Assembly: GCA_013239625.1 (NCBI GenBank)
Contig: MU054323.1
Span: forward strand, 10,447,186 to 10,511,185
Length of the DNA stretch: 64,000 nucleotides
Reading direction: 5' to 3'
Origin: Lama guanicoe
Taxonomy: Eukaryota
Shown here: positions 1 through 13,697 of the stretch, piece after piece
Layout of the letters: each line of letters starts with the position of its first letter
Position numbering within the stretch: the first letter of the stretch is position 1
Translations under genes and position numbers: made by a program
The notes under the pieces: model-generated
The model's input: only the letters and a program-made list of their open reading frames with translations
Database searches by the model: none
Told to the model about the DNA's origin: nothing

Positions 1-365
1 CCAGCCATTCTAGACTATCCATTATCCTTATCTGGTACTTTATGTCTACAAAATTTCAGCTCACACCAAACTTTCTCAACTCAAACTCATCAAAATCTTC
101 CCATCCTTCTAGATCTTTCTAGACATCTAAGCACTGCTTCTCTGGAAGCCTTTTCTGGTCTTTAAGGTGTAAGTGCTTCTTCCAACTCCAACAGCATTTT
201 TTACTATGTTCTGCCTGTTGTCTTAATGCATGCTACCTGGTATTGTGTTTATTTGCATATTTGTCTACTAACTTTAAAGTTACTGGAGAGCAGGGCCTGT
301 AACTCACTCAAATCTACTGCCCACAGAAATGAAAATAATGAATAGCCTCCAGAAGGCATACGTGA

Positions 366-582
366 GAGCGCTGTCCAACAGAACTTTCTGCCATGATGGA
401 AGTGTTCTGTATCTGCGTCATCCAATGGGGTAGTCACTAGCCACGACTGTGACTGCTGAACACTTAAAATGTGGCTAATGTGACCAAGGAACTAAAATTT
501 TCAATTTTATTTTATTTCAACCAATGAAAATGTAAATTTAAGTAGCAGGTGTGGCTAGTGAATATGCTATGGGACAACACTG
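366..582 (+). mobile_element. MER3-like hAT-Charlie MITE
   Basis: Starts GAGCGCTGTCCAACAGAACTTTCTGCCATGATGGAAGTGTTCTG. Has internal CACTAGCCAC and GTGGCTAGTG inverted motifs and ends GGACAACACTG. About 215 bp, matching the MER3 consensus as recalled. Confidence 0.8.
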
Positions 583-639
583 GCAGAGAACATATTGAAT
601 GAAGGAGGATGTGCTTGCACTTAGAAAATTTCAGACTTG

Positions 640-1050
640 CTCCCCTGCCTTCAGGGTTCACCTGACCTGGTTCTCCCTAACTCTGCATCCTCAGCCCCCA
701 CTGCTTCACCCCTTACTCACTTCACTCTAGCCACATCTGGCTTGTTTCCTTCTCTCAACCAGGCCTTGCTTGTTCTGGTTTCCAGGCTCTTGCTCTCACT
801 GTGTGCTCTGCCTAGAGTGCTTTTCTCTCAGATCTCATTCAGCTAAGGTTTTTGTCATTCAGGTCTAAACTCAAATGTCACCTCCTTAGAAAGGACGTCT
901 CTGATGTGCCATCTAAAATAGACTTCTCTTCCTGTCACTCTACCTTCTTACATTTTCTTTACAAGCCTTTCACTATCTAAAATGATCTAATTTATTTCAT
1001 TAGTTTATTTCATTATCTAACTCCTCCTAATAAAAGATGAACTTCTTGAG
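640..1050 (+). mobile_element. L2 LINE 3' region; interrupted by an L1MC and resuming at ~1750-1800
   Basis: Typical L2 motifs CTCTAGCCACA and TCATTCAGGTCTAAACTCAAATGTCACCTCCTTAGAAAGG. The L2 motif ...TTGAG(A)GCAGGG resumes after the L1 at 1756. Confidence 0.7.
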
Positions 1051-1051
1051 T

Positions 1052-1748
1052 AAGGAAGCACTCAAAAAAAAAACCAAAACAATTTGCAATAAAACCAGTG
1101 GGTGAAAGCATGATGAGAAAGAGGATATTGCATAGTCTCAAAATATCTCCCAACAAGATACTAATTAATCACAGAGGAGAAAACTATCAGACAGCACCCT
1201 CACCAAGTGTTGACTTCTCCAAGTGTAACTTGGGATTTATAACATCAATAACAAAACATTTTGACACCATGTACCTCTTTAATAGGATGTACTGAGGATA
1301 CATCACTTCTGTAATATCCTCCCAATAATGTAGAACCTCAATCTAAGCATGAGACATTAGAAAACCTCAAACTGAGTGACACTCCACAGAATACCTGACC
1401 AGTTCTATTCAAAAGTATCAAGGTCGTGACAGACAAAGACTGAAAGATTGTCACAGGCTGGAGAAAAATAAGGAAACATGCTAACTAAACATGATACAGG
1501 AAGCTATGTTAGTCCTGGACAGAAAATCCAGTAGGAAAACTGGAAAAAAATCTTAATAATATCTGCAGGATTGCTAATAGAAATGCATCAATGTTAATTT
1601 CCTGGTTTTAATATTTATACTATAGTTATATAAGATATTGGCAAAAGGGGAAGTTAGATGAAGGGTATATAGGAATTCTGTACTATTTTTACAACTTTTA
1701 TGTAAGTCTAAAATTATTTTAGAATAAAATATTTTTCTAAAAAAATAT
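1052..1748 (+). mobile_element. Ancient L1 (L1MC-type) 3' end nested in L2
   Basis: GTGGGTGAAAGCATGATGAGAAAG...TAGTCTCAAAATATCTCCC and terminal TCTGTACTATTTTTACAACTTTTATGTAAGTCTAAAATTATTTT are characteristic of L1MC 3' UTRs; A-rich end. Confidence 0.75.
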
Positions 1749-1829
1749 AAGTTTTTTGAGAGCAGGGGCTTATCTGTCCTGTTCTAAAACAGTATCTTAT
1801 ACAAAGCAGATATTAGCTAATTATAAGGA

Positions 1830-1930
1830 AGATAAAAGGATGGAATAGAGGAAGGGAGGAAATGCTTAAGGGGAAGAGGGAGAGAAAGGAGGAAGAAGAG
1901 ATGGAGGAAGTGCGGGAAGAAGGGAGTGTG
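1830..1930 (+). repeat. GA-rich polypurine low-complexity tract
   Basis: About 100 nt almost entirely G/A (GGAAGGGAGGAAA...GAGGAAGAAGAG). Confidence 0.7.
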
Positions 1931-2544
1931 TGGCTTTGGGAAGACTTGAGGTGTCCCTTGAAGAAATCATGAAGCATAACAGCCCTGTTAAGGTTCTCAA
2001 GGAAAAGGCTCATTCACAGCACCTGTTCCATGTCATAGATTAAATAAAGGCTTGGGGATCTCCCTCAAGCAGGGGCTGTGGCTATTTATCTTCGTGTTCC
2101 CAGAACCTAGTGCACATGCTGCATTCTAGGTGTTCAATACACATTTATTGAATTCGATTTAATTAAAGTAGTTAATGACTTGAATTAAATGCAATGGTTG
2201 GATTAACACATGCAATGCTCTCCCACGAGACTTCTCCAGCTTTTGGTGGGCAGGTTAATAACTTTGGATGCTGAATGAAACTGGCAGAGTCTAAGGTCTG
2301 GTCCTGAGGGCTTAGGTAAGCAAGTCTCTATAGACTGTTGGAAATTGGAGCAAAATTAATTCAGTGAAATGGCCTATCCTGGGATGACCTACAGGACTGA
2401 ATTTATTTTCAAGTGCAGGACATATAAAATTATGTGCTGTGCTGGCCTCCAATTTTAAGGACACAAGAAGGGCTCAAAATTTGGGGTGTCTTTCCAGTAG
2501 AAGACATGAATTTCCATTAGTGAATATTATTTTAATTCTATACA

Positions 2545-2745
2545 TCAATGACTAATTGTGAGCCTGGCATCTAGTTATATACTTCCTTGGCTGTTCACAA
2601 TAAAAACCCTTTGAAATTAAGTTAATATATCTGCTTCAGAGATGAGGAAGATAAAGCTCAGAGAGTGAAATGACAGGTCCTCATTTACACAGACTCAAGT
2701 TGTAAAGCCAGAAACTCAAGCCCAGCCCCCTCTCATCCAAAGCTC
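2545..2745 (-). mobile_element. MIR SINE
   Basis: Reverse-strand MIR core CAGAGATGAGGAAGATAAAGCTCAGAGAGTGAAATGAC. Confidence 0.6.
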
Positions 2746-4312
2746 TTGAAAAGGGTCTTAGATATCATCTATTCTAAACTTGACATGGCTTTGCTCCATC
2801 TTTAATGCTGCTAATAAAAGGTGTTAGCAGGTGTGGTAGACTAGACTTTAAGAGAAAGGGGCATTGGCCACTGTCTTTCACAAAGTGTTGGAGCAACAGT
2901 GCAGAAGCCCAGGGGGCCTGTCAGCAGACTGGGGTCCTTTCTTGCCTCTCATATTATTAGCTGTGGGACCTCAGTCAAGGCATTTGCCCTGTGTGAGCTT
3001 TAGCTGTGCCATCTGTCAGATGACAAAGATATGGAAGCCCTATTTTACCCAGGAGAGTGGTAAGGTGTCTGCTCTCCCGCCAGAGACTCCGGTTGTCCTG
3101 TGTGCCAGGGAGATACAAAAGTTGTATATGCCATGCTAATTACTTAAACCTCAGAATCTACTATTTATTTCTCTCCCTCACGGCTTCTATTTCATTGTCT
3201 TTCTGTCTGTCTCTCTCTCTTTCACTCTGAATTTTCACATAAGAACTGTTTGTTAGCTCTACAATCAAAACGATCTATTGGCTGCAGAAAGAAACATGCA
3301 TGATGTCCTCAGAGGAAACCTTAGTCTCAACAAGGTCAAAAACCACTTGACTGACCAAGAGAAGAGAAATGGGAATTCAGAAGCTTCTATATATATTATT
3401 ATCCCTTGAGTTTAAAGCAGGAAGGGAGAAATACCTTTTTAGGTCTCAAAAATGAAGGAAAGCATCCTTACCTACCGAGTTCACTGGGCCAACAAACATT
3501 TTAGCACCAGCTTAGGTGTAGGAATCAGAATCTCACCCACCTCCCTGAATGGTGTTTCTGGGTGGGGAGTCACCACACCTGCCTACTTATGCTCAGGTGA
3601 CCTTTGGAAACAGGATGAGGAGGTAAACTAGAGGGCAGCCTTTGTGTGAGGCAGGAATGGGAAGGGGTTCTGCTGGCTAGAAAGGGACTTCTAAAGGATG
3701 GTGACAAAGAGTGCTTCTCTAAGGCTTCTTCCAAATCCAACTTTCGGTGCATCTGTGGCCTCCGTGTTGGAGAACAGGTTTCAGCTTGCATGTATCAGGG
3801 AGAACTCTTCCAAAAGGAGCCCAGGCCAGGCCCTGAGCCCTACGGCATACCTGGCTAGGTCAGGCAGGGACTGTCCCTCTTTTTCTCAGGTGGTGCCTTT
3901 GAACACTATAAATCAGGAAGCTTAGGCTCAAATCACTTCTTCAAACCTATCACATCTAAGTACAGAGGAGAGTAAAAGTAAAAATAACAGTGGTTTAGAT
4001 TGCACTAGGTGCTTTATATACATTATTCCTCCTTGAGCAAGGTTAGATGCCTTGTTCAATGTGAAAAAAACCCATTTCCACACATATCTCTCCCGCCCCC
4101 TCCTAACTGTTCAGCATCTTAAAGGTACTATCAACCTGTTAGAAACTTTAGGAAGGTCTCAGATGCTATGCTTAGAAATAGCCTTTCTGCAAGCCCTAGA
4201 GGTGTGCTTGGCTTGTAGGAAAAAGGTTCAAAGAATGACAAATGGAGATTTGCAATCTGCTTTCTTAAAACAATAACCATGTTGATCATGTGGCTCCTAC
4301 AGTATTTTTACA

Positions 4313-4460
4313 ATGTGTGTATGTATACAAATAAATTTAAATATATACATATATGTATGTATATGTGTCTCAACACATATATAGTGTGTCTGTGTGTATA
4401 CATATATGGACATACATGCACACACATATATAAACATATTTATATTTATGTTTTTTGTAT
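4313..4460. repeat. Degenerate (TA)/(TG)/(CA) microsatellite
   Basis: Alternating purine-pyrimidine tract TGTGTGTATGTATAC...ACACACATATATAAAC. Confidence 0.8.
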
Positions 4461-5619
4461 TTGACAATCATTTCAGGTCCAGTTATGCAACCTGGGACAC
4501 ACAGCCTACAATGATCATATATTAGTCTGTATCACAATCAATCAGGAAAGCATCTACTCAAACACATCCAAATACTTAGCTTCAGACATGCTACGTGGTT
4601 ATGTTATATAGACCTTTTCAGCATTTCTGTCAAGGGTTTTGTAGTAATTTATCATCTGCCCTTCCCAACACTCTGGGCTAAGGAGATGCCACTAATCATT
4701 ACAGCTTGAATTTGTTTTAGGCCGTCCTTTTTTGAGGGACCATATACACTTTAAAGATACTACATCAGTCTTGCAAATACCTTCAAAACAATCTTGAGGC
4801 TTGAAATTTCTTATTGACCTCAGAATGCACTGGAAACTTCCTATTGTTCCCTGCAGATTGAATTAGGAGACTTCAATGGTGTCTACCACTAGCAGGCTTG
4901 GGCGATAGTGGCTTCATTTCACAGACGGTGACTGAACAATTGAACCATAACTGAGGCATCCATTTAGATCTAAGTCTCCTGGTGCTGGAGAAAATTGTCA
5001 ATAATAATAAAAGTTGCCAGCGTTACTGAGTGCTTACATTGTGTTTGGCGTTTGCTTCAGAGAAGGTATGGTTGTTATTCAGCAGTTTGCTCCTTTGTTG
5101 GTTTTCCCTTCTCTTGTGCCTTAAAGTACCCACTGTATGTGCACATGTACTCAAGAATACCTGGTCCTACCTTACCTTGTTGTCTCCATCATGCAGGGCC
5201 ATGGTTCTCCATTTTAAGAGGCTTAAGGTTATTGGGAAATGTTTTAAAATATAGGTTTTTGCGACCCACCTAAAGGTTCAGCTTTAATAAGTTTTAAATT
5301 ATATTTTTAATTATCAATCCATCTGATGCCTTCTAATATAGGCATTAGAGGGGTATATTTTGATGATCACTGACTCAGGACTTTCAATGCCATTCTTATT
5401 CTCTACTGAAATTTTCCCATTCACTTCTCAAACATTCACCAGGAAGTTAACATAATGAAGAATCTCATTTGGATAGTGCTTTTACAGTTTGGAAGTCACT
5501 TCCACACACACCTTCATTTGAAGACCACAGCAGCCATCTAACTCCATCAGGTAGGTATAGGGGCAGACATACAGACACCAGTGAGTCTCTCCTTGCCAAC
5601 AGAATCCTGATGCATTCAT

Positions 5620-6112
5620 GTGTTGGGCTGGATGTCCTATGAAACCTGGGAAGATGGGTTCCCCATCTTATCCAGGGAAAATGTTTTGATTGGCCCAAAC
5701 TCATTATTTTAGGCAACTGACTGGCAAAGGATGGGCATGTTCCAGCTAATGAGACATAAAAAGAACTATGCAGGGGAGTATTTCCCTTCCTGAGCTAAAA
5801 AACAACTTACTGAGGTGAATGCCTGTCCCTTCTTTTTTTCTGAAACTCCTATATGAATAGCTATCTTGTGACCTTAAAGCAACAAAAGTAAGGATAAAAT
5901 CAAAACGCTAAATATGGTGGAAGAGAAAGATGAAAAGAGCTAGGGTGTCCCACAGTATTACTGAAGTTGTGAAAAAGCTCCTCACAACTGCATACATCTG
6001 AACTTGTTCTTAAGTGAGAAAAAGAAATCTCTGGGGTTTTTTGTTGGTTTTTTTTGCCACTTTAAATTAGATTTTGTCTGTCACTTTGGCTAAAAGCATC
6101 CCTAACTGATCC
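5620..6112 (+). mobile_element. Old MaLR LTR (MLT1J/K-like)
   Basis: Internal GGATGGGCATGTTCCAGCTAATGAGACATAAA. The terminus GTCACTTTGGCTAAAAGCATCCCTAACTGATCCA resembles the MLT1K end ...AAAGCATCCTAACTGATACA. Confidence 0.6.
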
Positions 6113-6619
6113 AGAGGTGTTATAATGATTCAAATCCTTGTTTTATAGAAAATAGCCACAGAGAGGGTTAATTTACTTGCTTAAAAATCTCTCTGCTGAG
6201 TAAGTAATGGGCCCAAGACTTAAATTCAGACAGACTGATTCTAAATCCTGAACCATCCACTCTGTAGCCTTCAGTCTACTATGAAGGGGCTCCAGTGACT
6301 ATCCTGCAATAGAAGTGAAAGGAATCCAGGAGTAAGGGGTCTGAGCTCCTTATCCCACTTCAGCCAGAAGAATTCTTATTAATCTATTTTATAAATTGAA
6401 CTTTATTCAAAACAAAATTTAAAGAAAGGGTCTGTGATTAAAAATAGTTTAAAATAAAATAACATTACACCATGCTGTTTTCCTATCATGTAAGGCATTG
6501 TATATGCAAAAGCTACAATACTTGATTTTTGTTTTCAGCACATTATTACCTAGTTGTGGAGATAAGACATATACACGTACCATGCTGAGGAGCAATGCAA
6601 GAGTTAAACTAATGCTGTT

Positions 6620-7270
6620 TAAAGCAAAGGCTACTTTTTGCTACAATATGTTCCTGAAAACTGTGTTATAAAGCAAATCATTATAAAGTGATTCCTATTT
6701 CCCCCATAGGAATTATGGCATAAAAGGGTTGTGCTCCTAACCAAAGATGTAGGATCCAATTAATTATAAATATGGCTAATAACAAGGCTCAAGAGCAAAA
6801 TGTAACATCATTTCAAATAATAAAATGATATTCCAACTCCTATAAAATGGGAATAAATATACTGAACATATTATAGCATATTTGGGTTTACTGTATAATC
6901 AAAGTAGTCATATAACATAAACATAAACATCTACACTATAAATCTGACCTAAAACTAACATGCTATCAACAATAAACCAAAAACATGTAATGAATGATAA
7001 TTTTATTTGCTTCTTTGAGACTTCAGATGGAGTTTTACAGGATAACTGAGATGCTCATTTCTTTTGTAAGTGCGAAATATTCAAGAAAATTAGTACTTAT
7101 GCATTCCCTTGTTTTGGATTGACTTGTGCAGCAAGCAGAAGTATTCCAAATACTCATTTGAAATACCAGGGAGAGTGATGACTGTTGTTCAGAGATCCAC
7201 AATGGCAGGTTGTAGTATTTTTAATACTGAAAAAAAGTTTTTAATGTAAAAGTCTGTTGTTGCTTTAGTT
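6620..7270. mobile_element. Probable ancient TcMar-Tigger DNA transposon fragment
   Basis: AT-rich segment beginning ATGTTCCTGAAAACTGTGTTATAAAGCAAATC...ATTTCCCCCATAGGAATTATG, which resembles Tigger subterminal sequence. Confidence 0.4.
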
Positions 7271-7294
7271 TATTCAAAGCTCCTTATGGAGAGT

Positions 7295-9165
7295 TCCACT
7301 TCTTCCCATGAGGATTAACTGCTACAGGGGTTGGCCTCCTGTCATAAACAACTAGGAAACCTGAAACCATATAAAGTGGTAGGTTTCAGATACTAGACAA
7401 CAGACAGCCCAAGACTGTGGTACATGACAGAAAGGAAAGAAATGAGATAGGCCTTACAATTTCCCCAGCTTATTGCCTGGAAGCTGCTTTCAGGTTACAG
7501 TTCAGAGACAGCAAACCCAAACAGAACATGTTGACTTTGCTGAGTGGAGGCAGAGATGGAAGTTTGGGGAGGCCAAAGTAGCTATGGTTTTCAGGCAAGA
7601 TACCAGGGAGAAAACTGGGGAAAGAGGGACAGACAGAGAGATAATAAATGAACAATGAACACCCTGGAAATCTGCAGAGGAGTCCCCTTTGGTTGAGTAC
7701 TAATTTATGCCTGCATGTGAGAAAACCATCAGAGGACAAGAAAAGAAGCACCAGGAAGCAATATGCTAAACAATTCCTGGAGTCAAGGCTATGTGTAGTC
7801 TGTGTCCCAACCAACCAGAGTGGAGAAATTCAGTAATACCTACCATTCATTAGTGTACTCAGAAGAATCACACTTTAGTAGTAATACGTTTAAAATAGTC
7901 TCAGAATAAAGATCACTCTGAACCTGTCACAGCAAAACTTAAATCCTTGAAAGGATCAAACTGATCTGCAAGTTACTAAACTGCACAACAGAACAAAATC
8001 CAACACTCTTTAAAGGACTATATCAAATATCCATCCCCCAACAACGTAAATTCACAATGTCCAACATCCCACCAAAAATTACTAGGCATTCAAAGCAGAA
8101 ATTATGACCTATAATCAAGAGGAAAATTAATCAGTGAAACAGACCCAGAAGTGATAGAGATAATAGAATTAGTAGACAATGATTTTAAAACAGCTATTAT
8201 AAATCTTATAAATATGTTCAGTGATGTAAAGCAGGGTAAAACTATCCAAAATGAAGCTCAGAGAGAAAATGACTGAAAAAAATTAACAGTGTGTCAGTGA
8301 TCTATGGACTGTTACCAAACAGTCTAATCCAACATGTGTGTAATTGGAGTCCTAGAAAAGTGAATAACTATTTGAAGAAATAATAGCAGAAAGATTTCCA
8401 AATATGTTGAAAACTATAAATCTACAGACCCAAGATGCTCAATGAACCCCAATCTGAAGAAACATAAAGTCACATCAAGACCTATCATAATCAAATCGCT
8501 TAAAGCCAATGATTAAAAAAAAATGTTTAAAGCATCCAGAGAAGGATGCATTATATATAGGGAAGCAAACATAAGAGTGGCAGCCAGCTCTTTGTTCAAA
8601 ACCATGTTAGAAGACAACAGAGCAACATCTTTACGGTGTTGAAAGAAAAAACTGTCGCCTCTGAATTCTGTATTAAGCAAAAACACTTTTTAAAACGTGA
8701 CGACAAAACAAAAAGTTCTGCAGGCAAACAAAAGCTGATAGAGACTTTCACTGTGAGACATGTTAAAGGAAGTGCTCCAAGCAGAAGGAAAATACTAGAT
8801 GGAAATTTGGATCTACACAAAGGAATTAAGAATGCCAGGAATGGTAAATATGTAGGCAAATATGAGAGACATTTGCCTCCTTTTTCAATCCCTTTGAAAG
8901 ATTTGACTGTTTAAAGCAAAAATAGTAACAAGGTATTGTGAGGCTTATAACATATGTAGAATTAAAATGTATACCAACAATAGCAAAAAAAGTTGGGGGT
9001 TGGAGACTGGTCATACAATAATATATCTTACACAAAGTAATACTATTTGAAGGTAGGTTTTGATAACTTTAAGATGAATACTAAAAACCCTAGAAAACTC
9101 ACTAAGATGTAAAAACAAGTATAGCTAATAGTGGAACTAAACTGAATTTTAAAGAATTCAGCTAA
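7295..9165 (+). mobile_element. Ancient L1M 5' region with decayed ORF1 and inter-ORF segment
   Basis: Degenerate ORF1 peptides are readable (EEIIAERFPNMLKTINLQTQDAQ* near 8375-8445; VLKEK near 8636). Followed by GGAAATTTGGATCTACACAAAGGAATTAAGAATGCCAGGAATGGTAAATATGTAGG, typical of L1MC/MD/ME; many stops and frameshifts. Confidence 0.75.
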
Positions 9166-9974
9166 TTTGAAACTTTTCATAGTCCTAAGGCACCAAATGA
9201 ATAGTTTCTTCCTTATTCTTTAGAAAACCATGAAGACATTAGCACAGATCATAGAAAAGAATCTCCAAACCTATCTAACAGTGTCGATATCTTAGTTCTC
9301 ATATCTGTTGTCATTCTATGTCCAGAGAATCATGGAAACCACACATCCCAAACTTTATTTGGAGACTAACTGTCAAATATGCCACACAAATATATGTATA
9401 ACAATATTCAAATACATGTAGATGCTTTCATGTTGCAAATTTATTTTAAGTGTTATTAAATTGATAAGACTTGCTGTCATTATGTTTATAGTTTTTAAAT
9501 CAATTAATATTTATGACTAAACAATTAACTTCTACTTCATGGGAGTCATTAAAAGGGTCTTTCAATTTTGAAAATGCCAAAAACCATGGAACCGCTGTGT
9601 TAGACTGAAAGGTTTGGGCTTGAGAGTTTGAGATTGTTTCTTATGGGCAAAAAGTGGTCACTGATAGCTTCTGAATGGTGTGACACATGAGAGCAATGCT
9701 CTCACACATTTTAGATTTGATGAAAGTGAGGTAGAAAAACTTCAAATAGTTTGTTCTGAAGGTCACTGACTAAATCTGAATCGAATAATCACAAATCAAT
9801 CACCCAGTTGTTAACTTGGCTAGCATACAGTTCTCTGTTTGGATCACTGAGTGACCAGACCACACACATTATACATCTGATAATTTGAGTTTATACTTGA
9901 TTAAATAAGCTGTGTTGATAGGTTATTATGATATCTTTAGTGGACATCTGTAATTTTGTGTGATGTATGCTTGG

Positions 9975-10560
9975 TGTTTCTTCTTTTTGGGAAATGGCAT
10001 AGTTTCACTTGATTTGATTCTGCTGGAGCTGTTAATAATCACCCCCACCCCTTCCCTTTCTAAGCTGGTAATACCCATTCCCCCCACATACAATAATTGA
10101 GTCGACTTGGACACATGGCCCAAGAAGGGCCAAGTAATTTTCCTTTCTGGGGAATAATATGGATGCTGTGTTAAGGAAAAGATGACTTCTCTAGTATTCT
10201 GAGCACTGAGAAGCATATTTGACCAGAGCTGCCAGAGAGTCTGAGTGATAACAGAAAAAAATAAGAGGCAGAGTTGAGGGATGAAAATAAGAGTCCTGCT
10301 AGCAGTATTTAATCTATTGTTTAATTAATTAGCAAGCATATATTAAGTATGTATCATGTGGTTAGAACTATTCTTGGCCTTAAGGGTATGGCAGTGAACT
10401 AACTAGCCCTCTAATCGCTTTTCTAGGGAATTTTGGAGACCCTCGACAGGGTGGAATCTATAGCCTAGTCCTAGTATTTTAAGACTTTCCAGGTACATGA
10501 GACAATTAATCTTCCTTTTTCACCTGAATTAGCTTACCTTAAATTTCTGACACTTGGAAG
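9975..10560 (+). mobile_element. ERVL-class LTR (LTR16/MLT-like) with an internal L2 fragment (~10315-10430)
   Basis: The terminus CCAGGTACATGAGACAATTAATCTTCCTTTTTCACCTGAATTAGCTT...TTTCTGACACTTG resembles LTR16-type 3' ends. Confidence 0.45.
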
Positions 10561-11104
10561 AGTTCAAACACACTCTCAATTCTGATTTTAAAAGCTAAGA
10601 GGATCATTTAAAGAGAAGAGCCTGGTTGAAGACCAGAACTTGGAATCCTCTCACTCTTTTGTAGAGTGAAAGCCGATCAGCTACACCAGTGTTTCTCCAA
10701 GTGTGGATCAGAGATCCTGGGGGTTCCTGAGTGTATTCCAGGGGATCTGCAAGGGCATAACTATTTTCATAATTATATTTTGATATTACTTGCCTTTTCA
10801 ACTGTCATTCTTTCATGAGTATATTTTAGATTTTTCCAGAAATTATATGACTTCTACTAAGCCAGACAGTAAAAAGATTTACAAAAAAATGTATGACAAT
10901 GACACTTTTCTTACTAAATTTGTTTTACTTTTGGTAATAATGGTTACTTTTCCTTAGACTATATTATTTACGTTTACATGTAATGGATTCATTATTATGG
11001 AAAAATGAATTAATAGATAAATATTTTTTAATTTCTCAGTTTAATAATAGTATGATAAACTCAGTAGATTTAACCCACACAAACAAAAATCTTTGGGGAA
11101 TCTT

Positions 11105-13697
11105 TTTTTTTTTAACATTTTTTATTGATTTATAATCATTTTACAATGTTGTGTCAAATTCCAGTGTTCAGCACAATTTTTCAGTCATTCATGGACATAT
11201 ACACACTCATTGTCACATTTTTTTCTCTGTGAATTATCATAACATTTTGTGTATATTTCCCTGTGCTGTACAGTATAATCTTGTTTATCTATTCTACAAT
11301 TTTGAAATCCCAGTCTATCCCTTCCCACCCTCCACCCCCCTGGTAACCACAAGTCTGTATTCTCTGTCCATGAGTCTATTTCTGTCCTGTATTTATGCTT
11401 TGTTTTTGTTTGTTTGTTTGTTTTTGTTTTTTATTTTTTAGATTCCACATATGAGCGATCTCATATGGTATTTTTCTTTCTCTTTCTGGCTTACTTCACT
11501 TAGAATGACATTCTCTAGGAGCATCCATGTTGCTGCAAATGGCATTATGTTGTCGGTTTTTATGGCTGAGTAGTATTCCATTGTATAAATATACCACATC
11601 TTCTTTATCCAGTCACCTGTTGATGGACATTTAGGCTGTTTCCATGTTTTGGCTATTGTAAATAGTGCTGCTATGAACATTGGGGTGCAGGTGTCATCCT
11701 GAAGTAGATTTCCTTCTGGATACAAGCCCAGGAGTGGGATTCCTGGGTCATATGGTAAGTCTATTCCTAGTCTTTTGAGGAATCTCCACACTGTTTTCCA
11801 TAGTGGCTGCACCAAACTGCATTCCCACCAGCAGTGTAGGAGGGTTCCCCTTTCTCCACAGCCTCTCCAGCATTTGTCATTTTTGGATTTTTGAATGACG
11901 GCCATTCTGACTGGTGTGAGGTGATACCTCATTGTAGTTTTGATTTGCATTTCTCTGATAATTAGTGATATTGAACATTTTTTCATGTGCTTTTTGATCA
12001 TTTGTATGTCTTCCTTGGAGAATTGCTTGTTTAGGTCTTCTGCCCATTTTTGGATTGGGTTGTTTATTTTTTTCTTATTGAGTCGTATGAGCTGCTTATA
12101 TATTTTGGAGATCAAGCCTTTGTCGGTTTCACTTGCAAAAATTTTCTCCCATTCCGTAGGTTTTCTTCTTGTTTTATTTCTGGTTTCCTTTGCTCTGCAG
12201 AAGCTTGTAAGTTTCATTAGGTCCCATTTGTTTATTCTTGCTTTTATTTCTTCTAGGAGAAAATTTTTGAAATGTATGTCAGATAATGTTTTGCCTATGT
12301 TTTCCTCTAGGAGGTTTATTGTATCTTGTCTTATGTTTAAGTCTTTAATCCATTTTGAGTTGATTTTTGTATATGGTGTAAGGGTGTGTTCTAGCTTCAT
12401 TGTTTTACATGCTGCTGTCCAGTTTTCCCAACACCATTTGCTGAAGAGACTGTCTTTATTCCATTGTATATTCTTGCCTCCTTTGTCGAAGATGAGTTGA
12501 CCAAAAGTTTGTGGGTTCATTTCTGGGCTCTCTATTCTGTTCCATTGGTCTATATGTCTGTTTTGGTACCAATACCATGCTGTCTTGATGACTGTAGCTC
12601 TATAGTATTGTCTGAAGTCTGGGAGAGTTATTCCTCCAGCCTCTTTCTTTCTCTTCAGTAATGCTTTAGCAATTCTAGGTCTTTGATGGTTCCATATAAA
12701 TTTTATTATGATTTGTTCTAGTTCTGTGAAATATGTCCTGGGTAATTGGATAGGGATTGCATTAAATCTGTAGATTGCCTTGGGCAGTGTGACCATTTTA
12801 ACAATATTGATTCTTCCAATCCAAGAGCATGGAATATCTTTCCATTTTTTAAAGTCTTCTTTAATTTCCTTCATCAATGGTTTATAGTTTTCTGTGTATA
12901 ATTCTTTCACCTCCTTGGTTAGATTTATTCCCAGATATTTTATTACTTTGGGTGCTATTTTAAAGGGGATTGTTTCTTTACTTTCTTTTTCTGTTGATTT
13001 ATCGTTAGTGTAAAGAAAGGCAACTGATTTTTGAACATTAATTTTGTAACCTGCTACCTTGCTGAATTCTTCGATCAGCTCTAGTAGCTTTTTTGTGGAC
13101 CTTTTAGGGTTTTCTATATATAGTAACATGTCGTCAGCATATAATGACACTTTTACCTCTTCTTTTCCAATTTGGATCCCTTTTATTTCTTTCTCTTGCC
13201 TGATTGCTGTGGCTAGGACTTCCAGGACTATATTGAATAGGAGTGGTGATAGTGGGCATCCTTGTCTTGTCCCAGATTTTAGTGGGAAGCTTTTGAGTTT
13301 TTCACCGTTGAGAACTATGCTGGCTATAGGTTTGTCATATATAGCTTTTATTATGTTGAGATATGTTCCCTCTATACCCACTTTGGCGAGAGTTTTTATC
13401 ATAAATGGGTGTTGAATTTTATCAAATGCTTTTTCTGCATCGATTGAGATGATCATGTGGTTTTTGTCCTTTCTCTTGTTGATGTGATGTATTACATTGA
13501 TTGATTTGCGTATGTTGAACCAGCCTTGTGTCCCTGGGATGAACCCCACTTGGTCATGATGTATAATCTTTTTTATGTGTTGTTGGATTCTATTTGCTAA
13601 AATTTTGGTGAGGATTTTGGCGTCTATGTTCATCAGTGATATTGGCCTATAATTCTCTTTTTTTGTAGTGTCTTTGCCTGGTTTTGGTATCAGGGTG
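11105..13697 (-). mobile_element. Young 5'-truncated LINE-1 insertion (~2.6 kb)
   Basis: Uninterrupted ORF2 3' part; 3' UTR with G-rich tract (plus-strand 11319-11340); AATAAA at 11121-11126 on the minus strand; short poly(A). Perfect 16-bp TSD ATCTTTGGGGAATCTT at 11089-11104 and 13698-13713; endonuclease-type site TCTT/AA. Confidence 0.97.
11438..13633 (-). CDS. ORF2: LINE-1 ORF2p, N-terminally truncated: reverse transcriptase domain plus C-terminal Cys-rich domain, no endonuclease
   Basis: 731 aa from the first Met. Motifs include [26 protein letters not shown], catalytic YADD, KYLGI and [18 protein letters not shown]. The frame extends 22 codons upstream ([22 protein letters not shown]) to the truncation at 13699. 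No L1 promoter, so expression is doubtful. Confidence 0.93.
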   Translation of the reverse strand: MNIDAKILTKILANRIQQHIKKIIHHDQVGFIPGTQGWFNIRKSINVIHHINKRKDKNHMIISIDAEKAFDKIQHPFMIKTLAKVGIEGTYLNIIKAIYDKPIASIVLNGEKLKSFPLKSGTRQGCPLSPLLFNIVLEVLATAIRQEKEIKGIQIGKEEVKVSLYADDMLLYIENPKRSTKKLLELIEEFSKVAGYKINVQKSVAFLYTNDKSTEKESKETIPFKIAPKVIKYLGINLTKEVKELYTENYKPLMKEIKEDFKKWKDIPCSWIGRINIVKMVTLPKAIYRFNAIPIQLPRTYFTELEQIIIKFIWNHQRPRIAKALLKRKKEAGGITLPDFRQYYRATVIKTAWYWYQNRHIDQWNRIESPEMNPQTFGQLIFDKGGKNIQWNKDSLFSKWCWENWTAACKTMKLEHTLTPYTKINSKWIKDLNIRQDTINLLEENIGKTLSDIHFKNFLLEEIKARINKWDLMKLTSFCRAKETRNKTRRKPTEWEKIFASETDKGLISKIYKQLIRLNKKKINNPIQKWAEDLNKQFSKEDIQMIKKHMKKCSISLIIREMQIKTTMRYHLTPVRMAVIQKSKNDKCWRGCGERGTLLHCWWECSLVQPLWKTVWRFLKRLGIDLPYDPGIPLLGLYPEGNLLQDDTCTPMFIAALFTIAKTWKQPKCPSTGDWIKKMWYIYTMEYYSAIKTDNIMPFAATWMLLENVILSEVSQKEKEKYHMRSLICGI

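Noticed and set aside
11940..13415. Plus-strand hydrophobic ORFs (186, 65 and 118 aa)
   Set aside because: These are antisense shadows of the A-rich L1 ORF2, a common artefact.
11438..13633. RT ORF as a novel stand-alone reverse-transcriptase system (retron, DGR, group II intron or domesticated gene)
   Set aside because: It is collinear with mammalian L1 ORF2p, has an L1 3' UTR, poly(A) and TSD, and lacks a promoter or partner genes. Ordinary 5' truncation explains it.
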